32,000 nucleotides of DNA, taken from the NCBI RefSeq assembly GCF_001598795.1, contig NZ_BCZP01000007.1:60001-92000 (forward strand). Reading direction: 5' to 3'. The translations under genes were made by a program, and so were the position numbers. Below, piece after piece: positions 8,246 through 16,199 of the stretch (the stretch's first letter is position 1; every line of letters starts with the position of its first letter). Under the pieces are notes generated by a model. That model was given only the letters and a program-made list of their open reading frames with translations, did not search any database and had not been told where the DNA came from. The DNA is from Delftia acidovorans NBRC 14950. GTDB taxonomy: Bacteria; Pseudomonadota; Gammaproteobacteria; Burkholderiales; Burkholderiaceae_C.

Positions 8246-9397
8246 TCAGAAGCGGTGCAGCACGCCCAGCTGCACGCCCTTGATGGTGCGGCCGTTGACG
8301 TCGTCAGCCGATGTGAAGTTGGGCTTCATGCCGCCCGATGCCGCCAGCCGGAAGCCCGCATTGCGGTCGTTCTTCAACTGCTCGGCCACCGCGTAGAGCA
8401 TGGTGCGCTTGGACAGGTCGTAGTAGGCCGCGACCGCGCCGCCCGATGCGCCGCGCCCGCTGTCCGAGCCATCCTGTATGCGGCCCCACAGCGCGCCCAC
8501 GCGCAGCTGCGGCGTCACGCGGTAGTCGGCCGACAGCTGCCAGACGCGGTAGAAGCGGCGCACATCGGCATTCGTGCCCGCCACCAGCCCGCCCACATTG
8601 CCCAGCACCGTGCCCGTGTTGTTGCCCGCCGAGCCCGCCGTGCTGTTGTTGGACCGCACAAAGGCCAGCTGGACCTTGCCCTTGCCGTAGTCGTAGTTGG
8701 CGTAGAGGTTGTCGTAGCGGACTGCGTCGGTATAGGCCGCGTTCTGCGGCGCACGCGCATACAGGCCTGCATAGCCGACGCGGTAGGGGCCGTTCAGGTA
8801 GTCCAGGCCCAGCTGGTAGATGGCCTGGCGCGCTGGAGCACCGGTCTCGGCCATAGCGTAGTGGGCCTCGAACAGGAAGCCGGCCATGCGCGGCGAGGTG
8901 TAGGAGATGTCGTTGTCGAAGCGCGAGGGCACGCCGAAGTTGTTGACCATCGATCCCAACGTGCGCGAGGTGAAGTCGATGTAGTCGCCGCGCCCGAAGA
9001 TCACGGTGTTCTGCCGGCCCAGCCGCACCTCGCCCCAGCCGCCGCCCAGGCCCACCCAGCTTTGGCGGTCGAAGCCGCGCGTGCTGTCGGCCTGCGTGCC
9101 GTTGTCGGCGTTGATGCCCATCTCCAGCTGGAACTTCGCGTACAGGCCACCACCCAGGTCTTCCTGACCGCGAAAGCCCAGGCGGCTGCGCAGCAGGGCA
9201 CCGTCCTCCAGCGTGGTCATGGATGCGCCCGAGCTGCTGCGCATGTGGTTGATGTACTGGTCCACGCTGCCGTAGATGGTGACCGAGGACTGGGCGTGGG
9301 CGCCCGCTCCCCAGGCGCCCAGCACGGTGGTCAGGGCCAGGATGCGAAGGGCCCCGCGCTGCGGCACTCGCGGTGTCTGGTGCATTTGCTGTTGCAT
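8246..9397 (-). CDS. Outer-membrane porin (Gram-negative general porin / Omp32-like)
   Basis: The signal peptide ends ...GAGAHA-QS, followed by VTIYGSVD. The protein shows an alternating beta-strand pattern and a C-terminal ...GVLHRF with terminal Phe. The SD AGGAGA lies 7 nt upstream of the ATG at 9397. Confidence 0.85.
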   Translation of the reverse strand: MQQQMHQTPRVPQRGALRILALTTVLGAWGAGAHAQSSVTIYGSVDQYINHMRSSSGASMTTLEDGALLRSRLGFRGQEDLGGGLYAKFQLEMGINADNGTQADSTRGFDRQSWVGLGGGWGEVRLGRQNTVIFGRGDYIDFTSRTLGSMVNNFGVPSRFDNDISYTSPRMAGFLFEAHYAMAETGAPARQAIYQLGLDYLNGPYRVGYAGLYARAPQNAAYTDAVRYDNLYANYDYGKGKVQLAFVRSNNSTAGSAGNNTGTVLGNVGGLVAGTNADVRRFYRVWQLSADYRVTPQLRVGALWGRIQDGSDSGRGASGGAVAAYYDLSKRTMLYAVAEQLKNDRNAGFRLAASGGMKPNFTSADDVNGRTIKGVQLGVLHRF

Positions 9398-9488
9398 GGT
9401 CTTGTCTCCTTCTCTGTGAAAAATGCTTTTTCGGGCGTGGCTGCGCCCTGCCCTGGACGCATTCAGGGCCGGTTGTCTGTCGGCTGGA

Positions 9489-10322
9489 TCAGTAGGAGAT
9501 GTGGGCGGTGGCGCGCAGCTCGTCGGGCGTGGCGCTGCCGAAGCCGAAGAATTCGAGGTAGGCGGGAATCATCTCGAACAGCATGTCCGTGCCCACCTGG
9601 AAGTCGCAGCCCTTGTCGCGCACGGCGCGCAGCAGGGGTGTGAACTCGGACTTCATCACCACCTCGCCCACAAAGGTGGTGGGCGCAATGCGCTGTACAT
9701 CGAAAGGCAGCGGGTCATCGGCCTTCATGCCCAGCGGCGTGGCGTTGACGACCACGTCAAAGCCCTGCGGGTCCCTGGAGCCCGTGCCCACCTTCATCCT
9801 CGGGTAGTAGGCAGCGAGCCGCCCTGCCAGGGCCTGCGCGCTCTCGGCCCGCGTGTCGAACAGCATCAGCTCGCCCACGCCGGCTGCCGCCAGCGAGGCG
9901 GCAATCGCCGACCCCACGCCACCCGCCCCGGAAATCAGCACCCGCGCGCCCTGCAGCTGCCGGCCCTTGCGCAGCACGCCGCGCACAAAGCCCGCGCCGT
10001 CGAACTGGTCGCCCAGCAGCGTGCCGTCCTCGCGCCGCAGCACGGCATTGCAGGCGCCTGCAATGTGCACGGCGGGCGTGACCTCGTGCACCAGGTCCAC
10101 CACGGACACCTTGTGCGGCATGGTGATCAGCGCGCCGCGCAGGTTGGTGAAACGCATGATGGCCGCGAAGTCCGGCGCGAAATGCGCCGCCTTCACGCCC
10201 ATGGGCACGACGCAGGCGTCTATGCCCCGGCCATCGAACCATGGGTTGTAGATCATGGGCGACTTGAAGGTCTCGGTGGGATCGCCGATGTGTGCGATGA
10301 GGGTGGTTTTTCCGGAAATCAT
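9489..10322 (-). CDS. aroE: Shikimate/quinate 5-dehydrogenase (AroE/YdiB family, catabolic context)
   Basis: 277 aa. Motifs include NxTxPHK-like (ALITMPHK), GAGGVGSAIA (Rossmann) and NATPLGM. The symbol denotes the family only; the context suggests a catabolic paralogue. Confidence 0.8.
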   Translation of the reverse strand: MISGKTTLIAHIGDPTETFKSPMIYNPWFDGRGIDACVVPMGVKAAHFAPDFAAIMRFTNLRGALITMPHKVSVVDLVHEVTPAVHIAGACNAVLRREDGTLLGDQFDGAGFVRGVLRKGRQLQGARVLISGAGGVGSAIAASLAAAGVGELMLFDTRAESAQALAGRLAAYYPRMKVGTGSRDPQGFDVVVNATPLGMKADDPLPFDVQRIAPTTFVGEVVMKSEFTPLLRAVRDKGCDFQVGTDMLFEMIPAYLEFFGFGSATPDELRATAHISY

Positions 10323-10370
10323 TCCCTGGGCTTTCGGATGCTTGGGTTGGCGGAATGTGGCGTGTGAAAT

Positions 10371-11765
10371 TCAGCGGCCGGACTGGGACAGTGCCTGGGT
10401 GCGCAGGCGCTCGTACTCGGCGGCGTCCACAGGCTGCGCACCGGCCTCGCCCAGATCCTCCATGCGCACGCGGTAGGTCTCGCGGGCACTCCAGGCGGCC
10501 AGCGCTGCGACCACGGTGATGCCGAAGGCGATCAGCCCCACCGTCAGCCAGATGTTCTGGGAACCCGGAGGCGCCACGGCCGTGAACAGCGCAGGCAGCA
10601 TGGCGGTGATGGCCGTGCCCACGTTCTGCGAGATGGCCATGGCCGAGACGCGTGTGCGGGTCGGGAACAGCTCGGGGTAGAAGCTGGGGAACACCGCGTT
10701 GTAGCCCTGGTAGACCACGCCCCACATCAGGATGGACATGGCGAAGGCCAGCGGCATGTTGCGCGTGCTGATGGCGTAGAGGTAGCCGATGGCCAGCAGC
10801 CCGGACAGCAGCGCGCCGAAGATGATGGGCGGGCGCCGGCCGATGCGGTCGGACAGGTTGCCCACCAGGGGGATCACCAGCACCGCGACGATGTTGCCCA
10901 CCACGGGAATCCACAGGTACATGTCCTTGGCGAAGCCGATGCCGTAGGCGGGCTGCACCGCGTAGGCGGCACCGAAGATGGTGGCCACCACGGGGATCAC
11001 GTTCATCAGCGCCATGCAGACCACGCGCAGCATGTCGGGCGAATGGTGGCGGAAGGCCTCGACCACGGGCGAACGCGGACGCGCCTCGCTGCGGCCTGCT
11101 GCCGTGAAGGCCGGGGTCTCGTTGACCTCGCGGCGGATGATCCAGCCCGCGATGATGACGACGAAGCTCAGGATGAAGGGAATGCGCCAGCCCCAGCTGT
11201 TGAACTGCTCGGTGGGCATGTAGTGCGCCAGCGGCAGGAACACGGCCGCTGCCAGGATCTGGCCGGCCTGCACGCCCTGCAGCGTGAAGCTGGCGAAAAA
11301 GCCGCGACGCCCGAACGGGGCATGCTCCAGGATCATGGAGCTGGCGCCCGAGATCTCGCCGGCCACGGCAAAGCCCTGGATCAGCCGCATCAGCACCAGC
11401 AGCGCCGGTGCCCACAGGCCGACCTGGTCATAGGTGGGCAGCAGCCCCACGGCGATGGTGGAAAAGCCCATCAGGAACATGCACCACACCAGCACCTGCT
11501 TGCGCCCGTGCGTATCGCCCAGGTGGCCCAGCACGAAGGCGCCGATGGGCCGTGCCACATAGCCCACGCCATAGGTGGCCAGCGAGGCGATGATGGCAAT
11601 CGCCGGATCACCCTGCGGAAAGAAGATCTGCGGAAAGATCAGCGCCGCAGCCGTGGCGTAGATGAAGAAATCGTAGTACTCCAGGGCCGAGCCTATCCAG
11701 CCGCTGGTGGCGGCCTTCCTGGGTTGGTGCTGCGTTGACTGCGTATGTACCGGTGTTGCGCTCAT
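10371..11765 (-). CDS. shiA: MFS metabolite:H+ symporter (MHS family), ShiA-like shikimate/quinate transporter
   Basis: ORF 10371..11930, trimmed to the ATG at 11765 with the SD GGAGGA. The segments SALEYYDFFIY...GHLGDTHGRKQVL...LIQGFAVAGE...FNSWGWRIPF parallel E. coli ShiA as I remember it. Confidence 0.8.
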   Translation of the reverse strand: MSATPVHTQSTQHQPRKAATSGWIGSALEYYDFFIYATAAALIFPQIFFPQGDPAIAIIASLATYGVGYVARPIGAFVLGHLGDTHGRKQVLVWCMFLMGFSTIAVGLLPTYDQVGLWAPALLVLMRLIQGFAVAGEISGASSMILEHAPFGRRGFFASFTLQGVQAGQILAAAVFLPLAHYMPTEQFNSWGWRIPFILSFVVIIAGWIIRREVNETPAFTAAGRSEARPRSPVVEAFRHHSPDMLRVVCMALMNVIPVVATIFGAAYAVQPAYGIGFAKDMYLWIPVVGNIVAVLVIPLVGNLSDRIGRRPPIIFGALLSGLLAIGYLYAISTRNMPLAFAMSILMWGVVYQGYNAVFPSFYPELFPTRTRVSAMAISQNVGTAITAMLPALFTAVAPPGSQNIWLTVGLIAFGITVVAALAAWSARETYRVRMEDLGEAGAQPVDAAEYERLRTQALSQSGR

Positions 11766-11890
11766 GTGTTGTCTCCTCCAGGCAAAAGATCCCCGCTGCG
11801 GCAAGTGATGGATGCTTGCGGCCAGGCCAGCGGGATGTAAAAAATGTAGTTCCCGCCTATGAATCTGCCCAAGCCAATTTCCAGGGGCAT

Positions 11891-11926
11891 GTGCGCTGAT
11901 CGCACCGCGCGGTTCGATAATCGCAC
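11891..11926. promoter_or_regulatory. PcaR/PcaU-type IclR operator: one consensus-like 15-mer plus a 12/15 second copy
   Basis: GTTCGATAATCGCAC lies at 11912-11926. As I recall it, this is identical to the 15-bp PcaR box reported for P. putida pca promoters. GTGCGCTGATCGCAC at 11891-11905 matches 12 of 15 positions, 21 nt upstream. Both sit in the divergent region between shiA-like (-) and the IclR gene (+). Confidence 0.5.
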
Positions 11927-11961
11927 GCACCCAGGGTTAATACGGAAAACTCAAGCTCGCC

Positions 11962-12732
11962 ATGACAACACCTTCCACCCTCGCCCAGCGCGACTGGATT
12001 GCCGGACTGGAACGCGGCGTATCGATCATCGAAGCCTTTGACGACGCCCACCCGCGCATGACGGCCGCCGAGGCCGGCCAGCGCACGGGCATGACGCGCA
12101 CCGCCGCGCGGCGCTATCTGCTGACGCTGCAGCACATGGGCTACGTGGCGGGGGACGGCAAGCTGTTCTGGCTCACGCCGCGCGTGCTGCGGCTGGGGCA
12201 GTCGTACCTGGAGTCGGCGCGGCTGCCGCGCATCGTCCAGCCGTTTCTGCAGCGCGTGGCGGCCGGCACCCATGAAACCGCCTACCTGGCGGTGCTGGAC
12301 GACGACGAGGTGGTCTACATCGCGCGCAACGGCCCCAACCGCAACATGAACACCGGCTACGTGCTGGGCGCACGCGTGCCGGCCCAGGTCACGGCGGCCG
12401 GCATGCTGATGCTGTCCATGCGCAGCGACGCCGAGCTGGAGCACTGGCTGGACAACCGCGCGCTGACGGTCTTCACCTCGCACACCATCACCTGCCCCGC
12501 CGAAATGCGCCGCGAGCTGGCCTTGATCCGCACCCAGGACTGGGCCCTGTGCGAGCAGCAGCTGAACCTGGACTCGCGCGGCATTGCCGTGCCGCTGCGC
12601 GACCGCCACGGCGCGCTGGCCGGCGCCCTCAACATCACCATGCCCATGGGCCGCGAAACCGGCAAGGACGCCGTGGCGCGCGTGCTGCCCATGCTGCGCG
12701 AGACGGCGCAGGCCATGCGGGATCTGATCTGA
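11962..12732 (+). CDS. pcaR: IclR-family transcriptional regulator, PcaR/PcaU/PobR subgroup
   Basis: 256 aa. The N-terminus WIAGLERGVSIIEAF...MTAAEAGQRTGMTRTAARRYLLTLQHMGYV is typical of the PcaR subgroup, and an IclR effector domain follows. Confidence 0.85.
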   Translation: MTTPSTLAQRDWIAGLERGVSIIEAFDDAHPRMTAAEAGQRTGMTRTAARRYLLTLQHMGYVAGDGKLFWLTPRVLRLGQSYLESARLPRIVQPFLQRVAAGTHETAYLAVLDDDEVVYIARNGPNRNMNTGYVLGARVPAQVTAAGMLMLSMRSDAELEHWLDNRALTVFTSHTITCPAEMRRELALIRTQDWALCEQQLNLDSRGIAVPLRDRHGALAGALNITMPMGRETGKDAVARVLPMLRETAQAMRDLI

Positions 12733-13187
12733 TGGTGAACAACATGGCCATGGCGCAACTTCCTGACCTGGACATGCATGGCGGCGACGACCGTCTGCTG
12801 CAGCATCTGCAGGCACTGGAAGTGCGACTGCACGATCCGCAGGTGCGATCGGACGCAGGCCAGCTGCAGGCGCTGCTGCATGAGGACTTCCTGGAATTCG
12901 GCCGATCGGGCGGCGTGCATGACCGGGCTGCCACCGTGGACGGCCTGGCGGCCGCCTTGCCAGCAGGGGCCCCTGCCCGGTTGGTGTCAGGCGGCTTTGC
13001 GCTGGCGCGCCTGGGACCGGACAGCGCACTGCTGACCTACCGCTCGGCCAGCGTGGCCGAGGATGGAACGGCCGGCCGGCATACGCTGCGCTCCTCGGTC
13101 TGGCTGCGCACGGCCCTGGGCTGGCAGATGCGCTTCCACCAGGGCACGCCCACGACGCCATTCGACCTGGCCGCATCCATGCCATGA
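12732..13187 (+). CDS. DUF4440 / NTF2-like (SnoaL-fold) protein
   Basis: The ATG at 12732 overlaps the IclR stop (TGATG). The sequence ...LLQHLQALEVRLHDPQVRSDAGQLQALLHEDFLEFGRSGGVHDR... fits the DUF4440 pattern. The track ORF 12549..13187 extends artefactually into the IclR gene. Confidence 0.65.
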   Translation: MVNNMAMAQLPDLDMHGGDDRLLQHLQALEVRLHDPQVRSDAGQLQALLHEDFLEFGRSGGVHDRAATVDGLAAALPAGAPARLVSGGFALARLGPDSALLTYRSASVAEDGTAGRHTLRSSVWLRTALGWQMRFHQGTPTTPFDLAASMP

Positions 13188-13203
13188 GCGGCCTGCGGCG
13201 TGT

Positions 13204-14229
13204 TCAGACCGTCTCGAACGCGTACTTTTCCGTATCCACCTCGCGTTGCGAGGCCACGGCATAGCGGTCGCCCTGAATGCGCTCGGGCTTGAAGAGGTCG
13301 TCCAGTTCGGCCAGCAGGGCAGCGTCCAGGCGCACAGCGCCGCCGCGCAGGTCTTCGTGCAGGTGGTCCACGCTGGTGGTGCCCGGCAGGGCAATCACAT
13401 GCTCGCCCTGGTGCAGCACCCAGGCGATGGCCAGCTCGGCCAGCGTGCAGTCGGCGCGCTCGGCGATCGACTGCATGGGCGCGAGCAGCTGCAGGTTCTT
13501 CGCATAGGCCTCGGGCGCGAAGCGCGGCATGGCGGCGCGGATATCGCCCTTGACCAGGCCCTCGACCTCCTGGAGCTTGCCCGTGAGGAAGGCGCGGCCC
13601 AGCGGGCTGAAGGCCACGTAGGCAATGCCCAGTTCCTTGCAGGCCTGCAGCGTGCCCAGCTCGGCATTGCGCGACCACAGCGAATACTCGCTTTGCAGCG
13701 CGGCGATGGGGAAGGTGGCATGGGCGCGGCGCAGCGCGTCGGCGCCGATCTCGGACAGGCCCAGGGCGCGCACCTTGCCCTCTTCCACCAGGCGCGACAT
13801 CTCGCCCACCGATTCCTCGATGGGCACGCGGCGGTCCCAACGGTGCAGGTAGTAGAGGTCGATGACATCGGTGCCCAGGCGCTGCAGGCTGTCTTCGCAA
13901 TTGCGGCGCAGGGTCTTGGGGTGGCCATCGATCACGCGGCGCACCACGCCGTCGTCGCCGCGCACGCCGGCCATGCCGCATTTGCTGGCCAGGGTGATGT
14001 GGTTGCGGTGGGACTTGAGCACGGGGCCGACCAGGGATTCGTTGGCACCGAAGCCATACAGCGCCGCCGTGTCGAACAGGGTGACACCGGCGTCCAGCGC
14101 CGCATGCAGCACGGCCTTGCCCTGCTCGGGCGACGGCGGATGGCCATAGGCGTGGCTGAGGTTCATGCAGCCCAGGCCGACGGCGCTGACGGAGAAGGGA
14201 CCCAGGTGGCGTGTGGACAGGTTGGTCAT
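13204..14229 (-). CDS. Aldo/keto reductase (AKR11/13-like, NADP-dependent)
   Basis: ORF 13204..14280, trimmed to the ATG at 14229. The motifs GLGCMNLSHAYG, LFDTAALYG, IDLYYLHRWD and ALQSEYSLW are classic AKR motifs. Confidence 0.9.
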   Translation of the reverse strand: MTNLSTRHLGPFSVSAVGLGCMNLSHAYGHPPSPEQGKAVLHAALDAGVTLFDTAALYGFGANESLVGPVLKSHRNHITLASKCGMAGVRGDDGVVRRVIDGHPKTLRRNCEDSLQRLGTDVIDLYYLHRWDRRVPIEESVGEMSRLVEEGKVRALGLSEIGADALRRAHATFPIAALQSEYSLWSRNAELGTLQACKELGIAYVAFSPLGRAFLTGKLQEVEGLVKGDIRAAMPRFAPEAYAKNLQLLAPMQSIAERADCTLAELAIAWVLHQGEHVIALPGTTSVDHLHEDLRGGAVRLDAALLAELDDLFKPERIQGDRYAVASQREVDTEKYAFETV

Positions 14230-14240
14230 GGTTTTCTCAC

Positions 14241-14278
14241 AGGGAAAAGAAGCAAGGGAGCGGCCAGCGCTCCCTTGC
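14241..14278 (-). terminator. Rho-independent terminator-like hairpin downstream of the dehydroshikimate dehydratase gene
   Basis: An 11-bp perfect stem pairs GCAAGGGAGCG (14252-14262) with CGCTCCCTTGC (14268-14278) around a 5-nt loop. On the minus strand it is followed by TTCTTTTCCCT. Confidence 0.55.
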
Positions 14279-14301
14279 AATGTCGAAGGCCCATTTTGCC
14301 G

Positions 14302-15198
14302 TCAAACCGACGTGCCCCTCACGCCCGTGCGCGCCCAGGGCGGCAGCGGCACGGGCCGGTGCAGCACGTCGTCGTTGAGCCACAGGGCGCTGCGGCGCGC
14401 GCGCTCGGCCACGGTGTCCAGCGGCAGTTGCTGGTAGTCGTCGTTGAAGACCTCGAAGCTGTAGTCGCCCCGGTAGCCCAGGCGGTCCAGGCGCAGCACC
14501 AGGTCGGCCAGGCGCTCGCTGTGCACGCCCTCGCCCGGGAACACCCGGAAGGTGCGCGCCGTGGCCATGCGTTCCTCGAAGGTGGGGGCGTCGTGCCACA
14601 TGAAGTCGGACAGTTGCACCAGGAAGATCTTGTCGCGGTCGATCAGCTCCAGCGCGTCCAGCGGTGTCTTGGCAGCCAGGATGTGGAAGGAGTCCAGCCC
14701 GATGCCCAGATTGGACGTGTCGGCACGGCAGACCACGTCCCAGCTGGTGGTGAACTCATTGACGGAGCGGCCCCAGGACAGGCCCTCGTAGGCGATCTTC
14801 ACGCCCAGCGGAATGCCCAGCATGGCCAGCTTGCGCAGGTCGCGCGCAATCACGTCGAGGTCGCCCGTGGCATGGCGCGAGGTGGACGAGCAGGCCAGCA
14901 GCACGGGGCTGCCGATCTCGGCGCACATCTCCAGCATGGATTTGGCGATGTCCACCTTGTAGTGGTGCAGGTGGTCGGACAGGCCCTCGAAGTCGCGCAG
15001 CACCTGAAAGCCCGTGGGCCGCAGGCCGCTGGCGCGCACGGCCGCCGCAGCTGCCTTGACGCCGCCGGGGTGGCCGGCCAGGTCGCGCGCACTGAGCATG
15101 ACCTGGGTGAAGCCCGCGCGCCGGATGGCGTCGAGCTTGGCCTCCAGCGAGCCATTCAGAGTGATGGTGTCCATGCCATAGCTGTCCAGCAAGCCCAT
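14302..15198 (-). CDS. quiC: 3-dehydroshikimate dehydratase, TIM-barrel (sugar phosphate isomerase/epimerase fold), QuiC1 N-domain-like
   Basis: 298 aa. The segments LNGSLEAKLDAIRRAGF, KIFLVQLSD, FRVFPGEGV and GYRGDYSFEVFND parallel the P. putida QuiC1 dehydratase domain as I remember it. The SD GGAGGG lies 4-5 nt before the ATG at 15198. Confidence 0.8.
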   Translation of the reverse strand: MGLLDSYGMDTITLNGSLEAKLDAIRRAGFTQVMLSARDLAGHPGGVKAAAAAVRASGLRPTGFQVLRDFEGLSDHLHHYKVDIAKSMLEMCAEIGSPVLLACSSTSRHATGDLDVIARDLRKLAMLGIPLGVKIAYEGLSWGRSVNEFTTSWDVVCRADTSNLGIGLDSFHILAAKTPLDALELIDRDKIFLVQLSDFMWHDAPTFEERMATARTFRVFPGEGVHSERLADLVLRLDRLGYRGDYSFEVFNDDYQQLPLDTVAERARRSALWLNDDVLHRPVPLPPWARTGVRGTSV

Positions 15199-15263
15199 GT
15201 TGCCCTCCAGGATCGTTGTGTGTATCGGCAGTTGAATCGGACGGCGGCGCGCCAGGCTTTGCG

Positions 15264-16148
15264 CTAGGCGTCGCGGTGCACCAGCTCGAACACCACGGTG
15301 CCCATGGCGTTGCGCGTGAGCGCGCCGCGGTCATCGGGGTGCAGGCGGCTCGATTCCACGAACTCCACGCCGCGTTGGCGCAGCGCCTGCACGGCGCCAG
15401 GCACGTCGGTGGTGCCCAGCCCGATGCGCTGCAGGCGCTCGGGCATGTCGTCCCACTCCAGGCCCGGATCGGGCTCGATGAGCTGCCACAGGAAGCGCTT
15501 GCAGGGGCTGCGCATGAGCTTGCCCTTGGGCAGGATGCCGAAGCGCTGCGCGTCGGGCAGCAGGTGGAAGTCGAACATGCGTTCGAAGTAGGTGATCCAG
15601 TCGGCACTGCGGCCGCGCCCTATGTACTGGACCACGCCGAAATAGCCCAGGCCGGCCAGCGCCGGTGGATGGGGATCGGCCCCGGCGATGGGCTTGAAAT
15701 CGATGTCATAGATGGAGAACTCCTGCCATCGATCGACAAAGTAGAAGCGGCTGCCACCCGGGCCGTGGATGGCCGGGATGTGCAGCTCCATCGCCTGGGC
15801 CTGGCTGGGCGCCGCCCAGGCTCCCAGTTCGATGCAGCGCGTATGCGCCTGCAGGGCATCCTGCACGCGCAGCGCCACGGCCGAGATGACGGGCTGCCCG
15901 TCCGAGGCGGCATTGGCCAGCGCATCGGCAGCCCCCGCATTGACCACCAGGTTCATGCCCCCCTGCCGGTACAGCGTCACCTCGCGCGAGCGGTGCCGCG
16001 CCACGGGGCGAAAACCCAGCCCCTCCAGCACCTGGCCCAGGGCCTGGGGCTGGCTGGTCGTGTACTCGATGAACTCTATGCCGTCGATCCCGAGGCGATT
16101 GGACGCCTCGGGCACGTCTTCCCGGCTGCTGGAGGAGGAATCGGTCAT
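15264..16148 (-). CDS. 4-hydroxyphenylpyruvate dioxygenase-like VOC-fold protein (QuiC1 C-domain-like)
   Basis: 294 aa. It shows two VOC/glyoxalase-like modules (GIDGIEFIEY..., LGYFGVVQYI...). It is standalone and lies upstream of the dehydratase gene. The SD GGAG lies 7 nt before the ATG at 16148. Confidence 0.75.
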   Translation of the reverse strand: MTDSSSSSREDVPEASNRLGIDGIEFIEYTTSQPQALGQVLEGLGFRPVARHRSREVTLYRQGGMNLVVNAGAADALANAASDGQPVISAVALRVQDALQAHTRCIELGAWAAPSQAQAMELHIPAIHGPGGSRFYFVDRWQEFSIYDIDFKPIAGADPHPPALAGLGYFGVVQYIGRGRSADWITYFERMFDFHLLPDAQRFGILPKGKLMRSPCKRFLWQLIEPDPGLEWDDMPERLQRIGLGTTDVPGAVQALRQRGVEFVESSRLHPDDRGALTRNAMGTVVFELVHRDA

Positions 16149-16199
16149 TGCGGTACTCCGGATGGAAACATGGTGCGCTGCGACGGCTCGCCGGGCGGG

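Noticed and set aside
9398-9488. A possible terminator between the shikimate dehydrogenase and porin genes (GGGCG/CGCCC and CCCTG/CAGGG stems followed by GAAAAAGCATTTTT).
   Set aside because: The stems are only 5 bp and the U-run is interrupted. The evidence is too weak to call, and the genes may be co-transcribed.
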